Source of the DNA: Auanema rhodensis
Taxonomy: Eukaryota; Animalia; Nematoda
Direction of reading: 5' to 3'
DNA length: 64,000 nt
Assembly (NCBI GenBank): GCA_964057225.1
Contig: OZ059899.1
Coordinates: 19,468,001-19,532,000, forward strand
The translations under genes were made by a program, and so were the position numbers. The notes below the pieces were generated by a model, which ran no database searches, was not told the origin of the DNA, and was given only the letters and a program-made list of their open reading frames with translations. Every line of letters begins with the position of its first letter. Position 1 is the stretch's first letter. Positions 52,501 through 64,000 of this stretch are shown piece by piece.

Positions 52501-55500
52501 TAGATTCCTTTTTTCAAGGCAAAGACGATGGACAATGTTATTCAACGAAAAAATTATTTCTGCAGGGTGAAAATCGAGGATATAAGTGTGAACTTATATT
52601 AGTTGATATCTCGGTGCATTTTTAAGCTAGCGCAAATCTGATAACACAGATCGACGCAGCTTAAAAATCCGCATCGAATGCACTATACAACATTGAGAAA
52701 CGCTTGATACAAAAATTAGTTATGATCGTTTGAAAAATGATGCATTAGTGTATGTTGAGTTTCCATGTACACTCAACATTGCTTCCAAAAACATTTTGAC
52801 AAAAATTTTTCCGAAGAATTTCAAAATAATTTCGCGAAAAGTAGATGTTTTTAGATTCCTTTTTTCAAGGCAAAGACGATGGACAATGTTATTCAACGAA
52901 AAAATTAATTCTCCAGAGTGAAAATCGAGGATATAAGTGTGAACTTATATCAGTTGATATCTCGGTGCAATTTTAAGCTAGCGCAAATCTGATAATACAG
53001 ATCGACGCAGCTTAAAAATCCGCATCGAATGCATTATACTGCATTGAGAAACGCTTAATACAAAAGTTAGTTATGATCGTTTGAAAAATGATGCATTAGT
53101 GTATGTTGAGTTTCCATGTACACTCAACATTGCTTCCAAAAACATTTTGACAAAAATTTTTCCGAAAAATTTCAAAATAATTTCGCAAAAAGTAGATGTT
53201 TTAAGATTCCTTTTTTCAAGGCAAAGACGATGGACAATGTTATTCAACGAAAAAATTAATTCTGCAGGGTGAAAATCGAGGATATAAGTGTGAACTTATA
53301 TCAGTTGATATCTCGGTGCATTTTTAAGCTAGCGCAAATCTGATAACACAGATCGACGCAGCTTAAAAATCCGCATCGAATGCACTATACAACATTGAGA
53401 AACGCTTAATACAAAAGTTAGTTATGATCGTTTGAAAAATGATGCATTAGTGTATGTTGAGTTTCCATGTACACTCAACATTGCTTCCAAAAACATTTTG
53501 ACAAAAATTTTTCCGAAAAATTTCAAAATAATTTCGCAAAAATTAGATGTTTTTAGATTCCTTTTTTCAAGGCAAAGACGATGGACAATGTTATTCAACG
53601 AAAAAATTAATTCTGCAGGGTGAAAATCGAGGATATAAGTGTGATCTTATATCAGTTGATATCTCGGTGCATTTTTAAGCTAGCGCAAATCTGATAACAC
53701 AGATCGACGCAGCTTGAAAATCCGCATCGAATGCACTATACAACATTGAGAAACGCTTGATACAAAAATTAGTTATGATCGTTTGAAAAATGATGCATTA
53801 GTGTATGTTGAGTTTCCATGTACACTCAACATTGCTTCCAAAAACATTTTGACAAAAATTTTTCCGAAAAATTTCGAGAAAATTTTGCGAAAAGTAGATG
53901 TTTTTAGATTCCTTTTTCCAAGGCAAAGACGATGGACAATGTTATTCAACGAAAAAATTATTTCTGCAGGGTGAAAATCGAGGATATAAGTGTGAACTTA
54001 TATTAGTTGATATCTCGGTGCATTTTTAAGCTAGCGCAAATCTGATAACACAGATCGACGCAGCTTAAAAATCCGCATCGAATGCAATATACAACATTGA
54101 GAAACGCTTGATACAAAAATTAGTTATGATCGTTTGAAAAATGATGCATTAGTGTATGTTGAGTTTCCATGTACACTCAACATTGCTTCCAAAAACATTT
54201 TGACAAAAATTTTTCCGAAGAATTTCAAAATAATTTCGCGAAAAGTAGATGTTTTTAGATTCCTTTTTTCAAGGCAAAGACGATGGACAATGTTATTCAA
54301 CGAAAAAATTAATTCTCCAGAGTGAAAATCGAGGATATAAGTGTGAACTTATATTAGTTGATATCTCGGTGCATTTTTAAGCTAGCGCAAATCTGATAAT
54401 ACAGATCGACGCAGCTTAAAAATCCGCATCGAATGCATTATACTGTATTGAGAAACGCTTAATACAAAAGTTAGTTATGATCGTTTGAAAAATGATGCAT
54501 TAGTGTATGTTGAGTTTCCATGTACACTCAACATTGCTTCCAAAAACATTTTGACAAAAATTTTTCCGAAAAATTTCAAAATAATTTCGCAAAAAGTAGA
54601 TGTTTTTAGATTCCTTTTTTCAAGGCAAAGACGATGGACAATGTTATTCAACGAAAAAATTAATTCTCCAGAGTGAAAATCGAGGATATAAGTGTGAACT
54701 TATATCAGTTGATATCTCGGTGCAATTTTAAGCTAGCGCAAATCTGATAATACAGATCGACGCAGCTTAAAAATCCGCATCGAATGCACTATACAACATT
54801 GAGAAACGCTCAATACAAAAATTAGTTATGATCGTTTGAAAAATGATGCATTAGTGTATGTTGAGTGTCCATGTACACTCAACATTGCTTCCAAAAACAT
54901 TTTGATAAAAATTTTTCCGAAAAATTTCAAAATAATTTCGCGAAAAGTAGATGTTTTTAGATTCCTTTTTTCAAGGCAAAGACGATGGACAATGTTATTC
55001 AACGAAAAAATTATTTCTGCAGGGTGAAAATCGAGGATATAAGTGTGAACTTATATCAGTTGATATCTCGGTGCATTTTTAATCTAGCGCAAATCTGATA
55101 ATACAGATCGACGCAGCTTAAAAATCCGCATCGAATGCACTATACTGCATTGAGAAACGCTTAATACAAAAGTTAGTTATGATCGTTTGAAAAATGATGC
55201 ATTAGTGTATGTTGAGTGTCCATGTACACTCAACATTGCTTCCAAAAACATTTTGATAAAAATTTTTCCGAAAAATTTCAAAATAATTTCGCGAAAAGTA
55301 GATGTTTTTAGATTCCTTTTTTCAAGGCAAAGACGATGGACAATGTTATTCAACGAAAAAATTAATTCTGCAGGGTGAAAATCGAGGATATAAGTGTGAA
55401 CTTATATCAGTTGATATCTCGGTGCATTTTTAAGCTAGCGCAAATCTGATAACACAGATCGACGCAGCTTAAAAATCCGCATCGAATGCACTATACAACA

Positions 55501-58500
55501 TTAAGAAACGCTTAATACAAAAATTAGTTATGATCGTTTGAAAAATGATGCATTAGTGTATGTTGAGTTTCCATGTACACTCAACATTGCTTCCAAAAAC
55601 ATTTTGACAAAAATTTTTCCGAAAAATTTTAAAATAATTTCGCAAAAAGTAGATGTTTTTGGATCCCTTTTTTCAAGGCAAAGACGATGGACAATGTTAT
55701 TCAACGAAAAAATTAATTCTGTAGGGTGAAAATCGAGGATATAAGTGTGAACTTATATCAGTTGATATCTCGGTGCATTTTTAAGCTAGCGCAAATCTGA
55801 TAACACAGATCGACGCAGCTTAAAAATCCGCATCGAATGCACTATACTACATTGAAAAACGCTTGATACAAAAATTAGGTATGATCGTTTGAAAAAAGAT
55901 GCATTAGTGTATGTTGAGTTTCCATGTACACTCAACATTGCTTCCAAAAACATTTTTACAAAAATTTTTCCGAAAAATTTCGAAATAATTTCGCAAAAAG
56001 TAGATGTTTTTAGATTCCTTTTTTCAAGGCAAAGACGATGGACAATGTTATTCAACGAAAAAATTAATTCTGTAGGGTGAAAATCGAGGATATAAGTGTG
56101 AACTTATATCAGTTGATATCTCGGTGCATTTTTAAGCTAGCGCAAATCTGATAACACAGATCGACGCAGCTTAAAAATCCGCATCGAATGCACTATACAA
56201 CATTAAGAAACGCTTAATACAAAAGTTAGTTATGATCGTTTGAAAAATGATGCATTAGTGTATGTTGAGTTTCCATGTACACTCAACATTGCTTCCAAAA
56301 ACATTTTGACAAAAATTTTTCCGAAAAATTTTAAAATAATTTCGCAAAAAGTAGATGTTTTTGGATCCCTTTTTTCAAGGCAAAGACGATGGACAATGTT
56401 ATTCAACGAAAAAATTAATTCTGTAGGGTGAAAATCGAGGATATAAGTGTGAACTTATATCAGTTGATATCTCGGTGCATTTTTAAGCTAGCGCAAATCT
56501 GATAACACAGATCGACGCAGCTTAAAAATCCGCATCGAATGCACTATACAACATTAAGAAACGCTTAATACAAAAGTTAGTTATGATCGTTTGAAAAATG
56601 ATGCATTAGTGTATGTTGAGTTTCCATGTACACTCAACATTGCTTCCAAAAACATTTTGACAAAAATTTTTCCGAAAAATTTTAAAATAATTTCGCAAAA
56701 AGTAGATGTTTTTAGATTCCTTTTTTCAAGGCAAAGACGATGGACAATGTTATTCAACGAAAAAATTAATTCTGTAGGGTGAAAATCGAGGATATAAGTG
56801 TGAACTTATATCAGTTGATATCTCGGTGCATTTTTAAGCTAGCGCAAATCTGATAACACAGATCGACGCAGCTTAAAAATCCGCATCGAATGCACTATAC
56901 AACATTAAGAAACGCTTAATACAAAAGTTAGTTATGATCGTTTGAAAAATGATGCATTAGTGTATGTTGAGTTTCCATGTACACTCAACATTGCTTCCAA
57001 AAACATTTTGACAAAAATTTTTCCGAAAAATTTTAAAATAATTTCGCAAAAAGTAGATGTTTTTAGATTCCTTTTTTCAAGGCACAGACGATGGACAATG
57101 TTATTCAACGAAAAAATTAATTCTGTAGGGTGAAAATCGAGGATATAAGTGTGAACTTATATCAGTTGATATCTCGGTGCATTTTTAAGCTAGCGCAAAT
57201 CTGATAACACAGATCGACGCAGCTTAAACATCCGCATCGAATGCACTATACTACATTGAGAAACGCTTGATACAAAAATTAGGTATGATCGTTCGAAAAA
57301 TGATGCATTAGTGTATGTTGAGTTTCCATGTACACTCAACATTGCTTCCAAAAACATTTTGACAAAAATTTTTCCGAAAAATTTCGAAAAAATTTCGCGA
57401 AAAGTAGATGTTTTTAGATTCCTTTTTTCAAGGCAAAGACGATGGACAATGTTATTCAACGAAAAAATTAATTCTGTAGGGTGAAAATCGAGGATATAAG
57501 TGTGAACTTATATCAGTTGATATCTCGGTGCATTTTTAAGCTAGCGCAAATCTGATAACACAGATCGACGCAGCTTAAAAATCCGCATCGAATGCACTAT
57601 ACAACATTGAGAAACGCTCAATACAAAAATTAGTTATGATCGTTTGAAAAATGATGCATTAGTGTATGTTGAGTTTCCATGTACACTCAACATTGCTTCC
57701 AAAAACATTTTGATAAAAATTTTTCCGAAAAATTTCAAAATAATTTCGCGAAAAGTAGATGTTTTTAGATTCCTTTTTTCAAGGCAAAGACGATGGACAA
57801 TGTTATTCAACGAAAAAAATAATTCTGCAGGGTGAAAATTGAGGATATAAGTGTAAACTTATATCAGTTGATATCTCGGTGCATTTTTAAGCTAGCGCAA
57901 ATCTGATAATACAGATCGACGCAGCTTAAAAATCCGCATCGAATGCACTATACTGCATTGAGAAACGCTTAATACAAAAGTTAGTTATGATCGTTTGAAA
58001 AATGATGCATTAGTGTATGTTGAGTTTCCATGTACACTCAACATAGCTTCCAAAAACATTTTGACAAAAATTTTTCCGAAAAATTTCAAAATAATTTCGC
58101 GAAAAGTAGATGTTTTTAGATTCCTTTTTTCAAGGCAAAGACGATGGACAATGTTATTCAACGAAAAAATTAATTCTTCAGGGTGAAAATCGAGGATCAA
58201 AGTGTGAACTTATATCAGTTGATATCTCGGTGCATTTTTAAGCTAGCGCAAATCTGATAAAACAGATCGACGCAGCTTAAAAATCCGCATCGAATGCACT
58301 ATACTGCATTGAGAAACGCTTAATACAAAAGTTAGTTATGATCGTTTGAAAAATGATGCATTAGTGTATGTTGAGTTTCCATGTACACTCAACATTGCTT
58401 CCAAAAACATTTTGACAAAAATTTTTCCGAAAAATTTTAAAATAATTTCGCAAAAAGTAGATGTTTTTAGATTCCTTTTTTCAAGGCAAAGACGATGGAC

Positions 58501-58599
58501 AATGTTATTCAACGAAAAAATTATTTCTGCAGGGTGAAAATCGAGGATATAAGTGTGAACTTATATCAGTTGATATCTCGGTGCATTTTAGAGCTAGCG

Positions 58600-61500
58600 C
58601 AAATCTGATAACACAGATCGACGCAGCTTAAAAATCCGCATCGAATGCACTATACAACATTGAGAAACGCTTAATACAAAAATTAGTTATGATCGTTTGA
58701 AAAATGATGCATTAGTGTATGTTGAGTTTCCATGTACACTCAACATTGCTTCCAAAAACATTTTGACAAAAATTTTTCCGAAAAATTTCAAAATAATTTC
58801 GCGAAAAGTAGATGTTTTTAGATTCCTTTTTCCAAGGCAAAGACGATGGATAATGTTATTCAACGAAAAAATTATTTCTGCAGGGTGAAAATCGAGGATA
58901 TAAGTGTGAACTTATATCACTTGAAATCTCGGTGCATTTTTAAGCTAGCGCAAATCTGATAACACAGATCAACGCAGCTTAAAAATCCGCATCGAATGCA
59001 CTATACAACATTGAGAAACGCTTAATACAAAAATTAGTTATGATCGTTTGAAAAATGATGCATTAGTGTATGTTGAGTTTCCATGTACACTCAACATTGC
59101 TTCCAAAAACATTTTGACAAAAATTTTTTCGAAAAATTTTAAAATAATTTCGCAAAAAGTAGATGTTTTTAGATTCCTTATTTCAAGGCAAAGACGATGG
59201 ACAATGTTATTCAACGAAAAAATTATTTCTGCAGGGTGAAAATCGAGGATATAAGTGTGAACTTATATCAGTTGATATCTCGGTGCATTTTTAAGCTAGC
59301 GCAAATCTGATAACACAGATCGACGCAGCTTGAAAATCCGCATCAAATGCACTATACAACATTGAGAAACGCTTAATACAAAAATTAGTTATGATCGTTT
59401 GAAAAATGATGCATTAGTGTATGTTGAGTTTCCATGTACACTCAACATTGCTTCCAAAAACATTTTGACAAAAATTTTTCCGAAAAATTTCGAGAAAATT
59501 TCGCAAAAACTAGATGTTTTTAGATTCCTTTTTTCAAGGCATAGACGATGGACAATGTTATTCAACGAAAAAATTATTTCTGCAGGGTGAAAATCGAGGA
59601 TATAAGTGTGAACTTATATCAGTTGATATCTCGGTGCATTTTTAAGCTAGCGCAAATCTGATAACACAGATCGACGCAGCTTAAAAATCCGCATCGAATG
59701 CACTATACTGCATTGAGAAATGCTTAATACAAAAGTTAGTTATGATCGTTTGAAAAATGATGCATTAGTGTATGTTGAGTTTCCATGTACACTCAACATT
59801 GCTTCCAAAAACATTTTGACAAAAATTTTTCCGAAAAATTTTAAAATAATTTCGCAAAAAGTAGATGTTTTTAGATTCCTTTTTTCAAGGCAAAGACGAT
59901 GGACAATGTTATTCAACGAAAAAATTATTTCTGCAGGGTGAAAATCGAGGATATAAGTGTGAACTTATATCAGTTGATATCTCGGTGCATTTTTCAGCTA
60001 GCGCAAATCTGATAACACAGATCGACGCAGCTTAAAAATCCGCATCGAATGCACTATACAACATTGAGAAACGCTTGATACAAAAATTAGTTATGATCGT
60101 TTGAAAAATGATGCATTAGTGTATGTTGAGTTTCCATGTACACTCAACATTGCTTCCAAAAACATTTTGACAAAAATTTTTCCGAAAAATTTCAAAATAA
60201 TTTCGCGAAAAGTAGATGTTTTTAGATTCCTTTTTTCAAGGCAAAGACGATGGACAATGTTATTCAACGAAAAAATTATTTCTGCAGGGTGAAAATCGAG
60301 GATATAAGTGTGAACTTATATCAGTTGAAATCTCGGTGCATTTTTAAGCTAGCGCAAATCTGATAACACAGATCAACGCAGCTTAAAAATCCGCATCGAA
60401 TGCACTATACAACATTGAGAAACGCTTAATACAAAAATTAGTTATGATCGTTTGAAAAATGATGCATTAGTGTATGTTGAGTTTCCATGTACACTCAACA
60501 TTGCTTCCAAAAACATTTTGACAAAAATTTTTTCGAAAAATTTTAAAATAATTTCGCAAAAAGTAGATGTTTTTAGATTCCTTATTTCAAGGCAAAGACG
60601 ATGGACAATGTTATTCAACGAAAAAATTAATTCTGCAGGGTGAAAATCAAGGATATAAGTGTGAACTTATATCAGTTGATATCTCGGTGCATTTTCAAGC
60701 TAGCGCAAATCTGATAACACAGATCGACGCAGCTTAAAAATCCGCATCGAATGCACTATACTACATTGAGAAACGCTTGATACAAAAATTAGGTATGATC
60801 GTTTGAAAAATGATGCATTAGTGTATGTTGAGTTTCCATGTACACTCAACATTGCTTCCAAAAACATTTTGACAAAAATTTTTCCGAAAAATTTCGAAAA
60901 AATTTCGCAAAAAGTAGATGTTTTTAGATTTTTTTTTTCAAGGCAAAGACGATGGACAATGTTATTCAACGAAAAAATTATTTCTGCAGGGTGAAAATCG
61001 AGGATATAAGTGTGAACTTATATCAGTTGATATCTCGGTGCATTTTTAAGCTAGCGCAAATCTGATAACACAGATCGACGCAGCTTGAAAATCCGCATCA
61101 AATGCACTATACAACAGTGAGAAACGCTTAATACAAAAATTAGTTATGATCGTTTGAAAAATGATGCATTAGTGTATGTTGAGTTTCCATGTACACTCAA
61201 CATTGCTTCCAAAAACATTTTGACAAAAATTTTTCCGAAAAATTTCGAAAAAATTTCGCAAAAAGTAAATGTTTTTAGATTCCTTTTTTCAAGGCAAAGA
61301 CGATGGACAATGTTATTCAACGAAAAAATTATTTCTGCAGGGTGAAAATCGAGGATATAAGTGTGAACTTATATCAGTTGATATCTCGGTGCATTTTTAA
61401 GCTAGCGCAAATCTGATAACACAGATCGACGCAGCTTAAAAATCCGCATCGAATGCACTATACTGCATTGAGAAACGCTTAATACAAAAGTTAGTTATGA

Positions 61501-62100
61501 TCGTTTGAAAAATGATGCATTAGTGTATGTTGAGTTTCCATGTACACTCAACATTGCTTCCAAAAACATTTTGACAAAAATTTTTCCGAAAAATTTTAAA
61601 ATAATTTCGCAAAAAGTAGATGTTTTTAGATTCCTTTTTTCAAGGCAAAGACGATGGACAATGTTATTCAACGAAAAAATTATTTCTGCAGGGTGAAAAT
61701 CGAGGATATAAGTGTGAACTTATATCAGTTGATATCTCGGTGCATTTTTAAGCTAGCGCAAATCTGATAACACAGATCAACGCAGCTTAAAAATCCGCAT
61801 CGAATGCACTATACAACATTGAGAAACGCTTAATACAAAAATTAGTTATGATCGTTTGAAAAATGATGCATTAGTGTATGTTGAGTTTCCATGTACACTC
61901 AACATTGCTTCCAAAAACATTTTGACAAAAATTTTTTCGAAAAATTTTAAAATAATTTCGCAAAAAGTAGATGTTTTTAGATTCCTTATTTCAAGGCAAA
62001 GACGATGGACAATGTTATTCAACGAAAAAATTAATTCTGCAGGGTGAAAATCAAGGATATAAGTGTGAACTTATATCAGTTGATATCTCGGTGCATTTTT
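58600..62100 (-). repeat. 4-mer periodicity (1404 bp) in the right 351-bp arm
   Basis: The monomer carrying TTTTTTCGAAAA plus CCTTATTTC recurs at ORF starts 59048, 60452 and 61856. Confidence 0.8.
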
Positions 62101-64000
62101 AAGCTAGCGCAAATCTGATAACACAGATCGACGCAGCTTGAAAATCCGCATCAAATGCACTATACAACATTGAGAAACGCTTAATACAAAAATTAGTTAT
62201 GATCGTTTGAAAAATGATGCATTAGTGTATGTTGAGTTTCCATGTACACTCAACATTGCTTCCAAAAACATTTTGACAAAAATTTTTCCGAAAAATTTCG
62301 AAAAAATTTCGCAAAAAGTAAATGTTTTTAGATTCCTTTTTTCAAGGCAAAGACGATGGACAATGTTATTCAACGAAAAAATTAATTCTGCAGGGTGAAA
62401 ATCGAGGATATAAGTGTGAACTTATATCAGTTGATATCTCGGTGCATTTTTAAGCTAGCGCAAATCTGATAACACAGATCGACGCAGCTTGAAAATCCGC
62501 ATCAAATGCACTATACAACATTGAGAAACGCTTAATACAAAAATTAGTTATGATCGTTTGAAAAATGATGCATTAGTGTATGTTGAGTTTCCATGTACAC
62601 TCAACATTGCTTCCAAAAACATTTTGACAAAAATTTTTCCGAAAAATTTTAAAATAATTTCGCAAAAAGTAGATGTTTTTAGATTCCTTTTTTCAAGGCA
62701 AAGACGATGGACAATGTTATTCAACGAAAAAATTATTTCTGCAGGGTGAAAATCGAGGATATAAGTGTGAACTTATATCAGTTGAAATCTCGGTGCATTT
62801 TTAAGCTAGCGCAAATCTGATAACACAGATCGACGCAGCTTAAAAATCCGCATCGAATGCACTATACAACATTGAGAAACGCTTAATAAAAAAATTAGTT
62901 ATGATCGTTTGAAAAATGAAGCATTAGTGTATGTTGAGTTTCCATGTACACTCAACATAGCTTCCAAAAACATTTTGACAAAAATTTTTCCGAAAAATTT
63001 TAAAATAATTTCGCAAAAAGTAGATGTTTTTAGATTCCTTTTTTCAAGGCAAAGACGATGGACAATGTTATTCAACGAAAAAATTATTTCTGCAGGGTGA
63101 AAATCGAGGATATAAGTGTGAACTTATATCAGTTGAAATCTCGGTGCAATTTTAAGCTAGCGCAAATCTGATAATACAGATCGACGCAGCTTAAAAATCC
63201 GCATCGAATGCACTATACTGCATTGAGAAACGCTTAATACAAAAGTTAGTTATGATCGTTTGAAAAATGATGCATTAGTGTATGTTGAGTTTCCATGTAC
63301 ACTCAACATTGCTTCCAAAAACATTTTGACAAAAATTTTTCCGAAAAATTTCGAAAAAATTTTGCAAAAAGTAGATGTTTTTAGATTCTTTTTTTCAAGG
63401 CAAAGACGATGGACAATGTTATTCAACGAAAAAATTATTTCTGCAGGGTGAAAATCGAGGATATAAGTGTGAACTTATATCAGTTGATATCTCGGTGCAT
63501 TTTTAAGCTAGCGCAAATCTGATAACACAGATCGACGCAGCTTAAAAATCCGCATCGAATGCACTATACTGCATTGAGAAACGCTTAATACAAAAGTTAG
63601 TTATGATCGTTTGAAAAATGATGCATTAGTGTATGTTGAGTTTCCATGTACACTCAACATTGCTTCCAAAAACATTTTGACAAAAATTTTTCCGAAAAAT
63701 TTTAAAATAATTTCGCAAAAAGTAGATGTTTTTAGATTCCTTTTTTCAAGGCAAAGACGATGGACAATGTTATTCAACGAAAAATTTATTTCTGCAGGGT
63801 GAAAATCGAGGATATAAGTGTGAACTTATATCAGTTGAAATCTCGGTGCATTTTTAAGCTAGCGCAAATCTGATAACACAGATCGACGCAGCTTAAAAAT
63901 CCGCATCGAATGCACTATACAACATTGAGAAACGCTTAATAAAAAAATTAGTTATGATCGTTTGAAAAATGAAGCATTAGTGTATGTTGAGTTTCCATGT

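Larger units (their letters stand above)
44157..64000 (-). repeat. 351-bp satellite array, right arm, reverse orientation (about 56.5 monomers, runs off the window end)
   Basis: Reverse complement of the left-arm monomer (ATGTTGAGTTTCCATGTACA). The same spurious 63-aa ORF appears on + instead of -. Offset 44306 to 63611 is exactly 55 x 351. Confidence 0.99.

Noticed and set aside
202-63802. Repeated 60-94-aa ORFs (MKNDALVYVEFPC..., MIFSLNNIVHRL...) as a tandem gene family
   Set aside because: They mostly start at TTG, overlap on both strands, and recur only because 351 is a multiple of 3. Many left-arm copies are broken, visible variation is largely amino-acid changing, the composition (F/K/I/N) mirrors A/T tracts, and no domain is recognisable.
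1-64000. Fold-back chimeric read or assembly artefact as the cause of the inversion
   Set aside because: The arms have different diagnostic variants, HORs, lengths and junctions, which a read fold-back would not create. Read-level confirmation is still needed.
1-64000. Assignment to a named satellite or species (e.g. Drosophila 359-bp, Arabidopsis CEN178, alpha satellite)
   Set aside because: Lengths are similar but I recognise no sequence match; a database search is required.
1-64000. Tandem tRNA, 5S rRNA or snRNA gene arrays
   Set aside because: No recognisable tRNA cloverleaf, Pol III A/B boxes or 5S/snRNA sequence in either monomer.

Overview
The window is eukaryotic-type satellite DNA with no credible genes. 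The whole ORF track is an artefact of a 351-bp (3n) tandem repeat. Left to right it contains: about 91 copies of a 351-bp AT-rich satellite (1-31900); about 51 copies of a different 182-bp satellite (31901-41119); a strand-switch junction (41120-41149); about 13 reverse-oriented 182-bp monomers; a 222-bp GC-rich MITE-like element with about 53-bp terminal inverted repeats (43565-43786); 2 more reverse 182-bp monomers; and about 56 reverse-oriented 351-bp monomers (44157-64000). The result is a nested macro-dyad, 351> 182> | <182 MITE <182 <351. Its two satellite-satellite junctions are not mirror images, and its arms carry arm-specific variants and local higher-order repeats. Monomer lengths, internal dyads and higher-order repeats are compatible with (peri)centromeric heterochromatin, but neither function nor species can be established from the sequence alone. 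All counts and alignments were done by eye.
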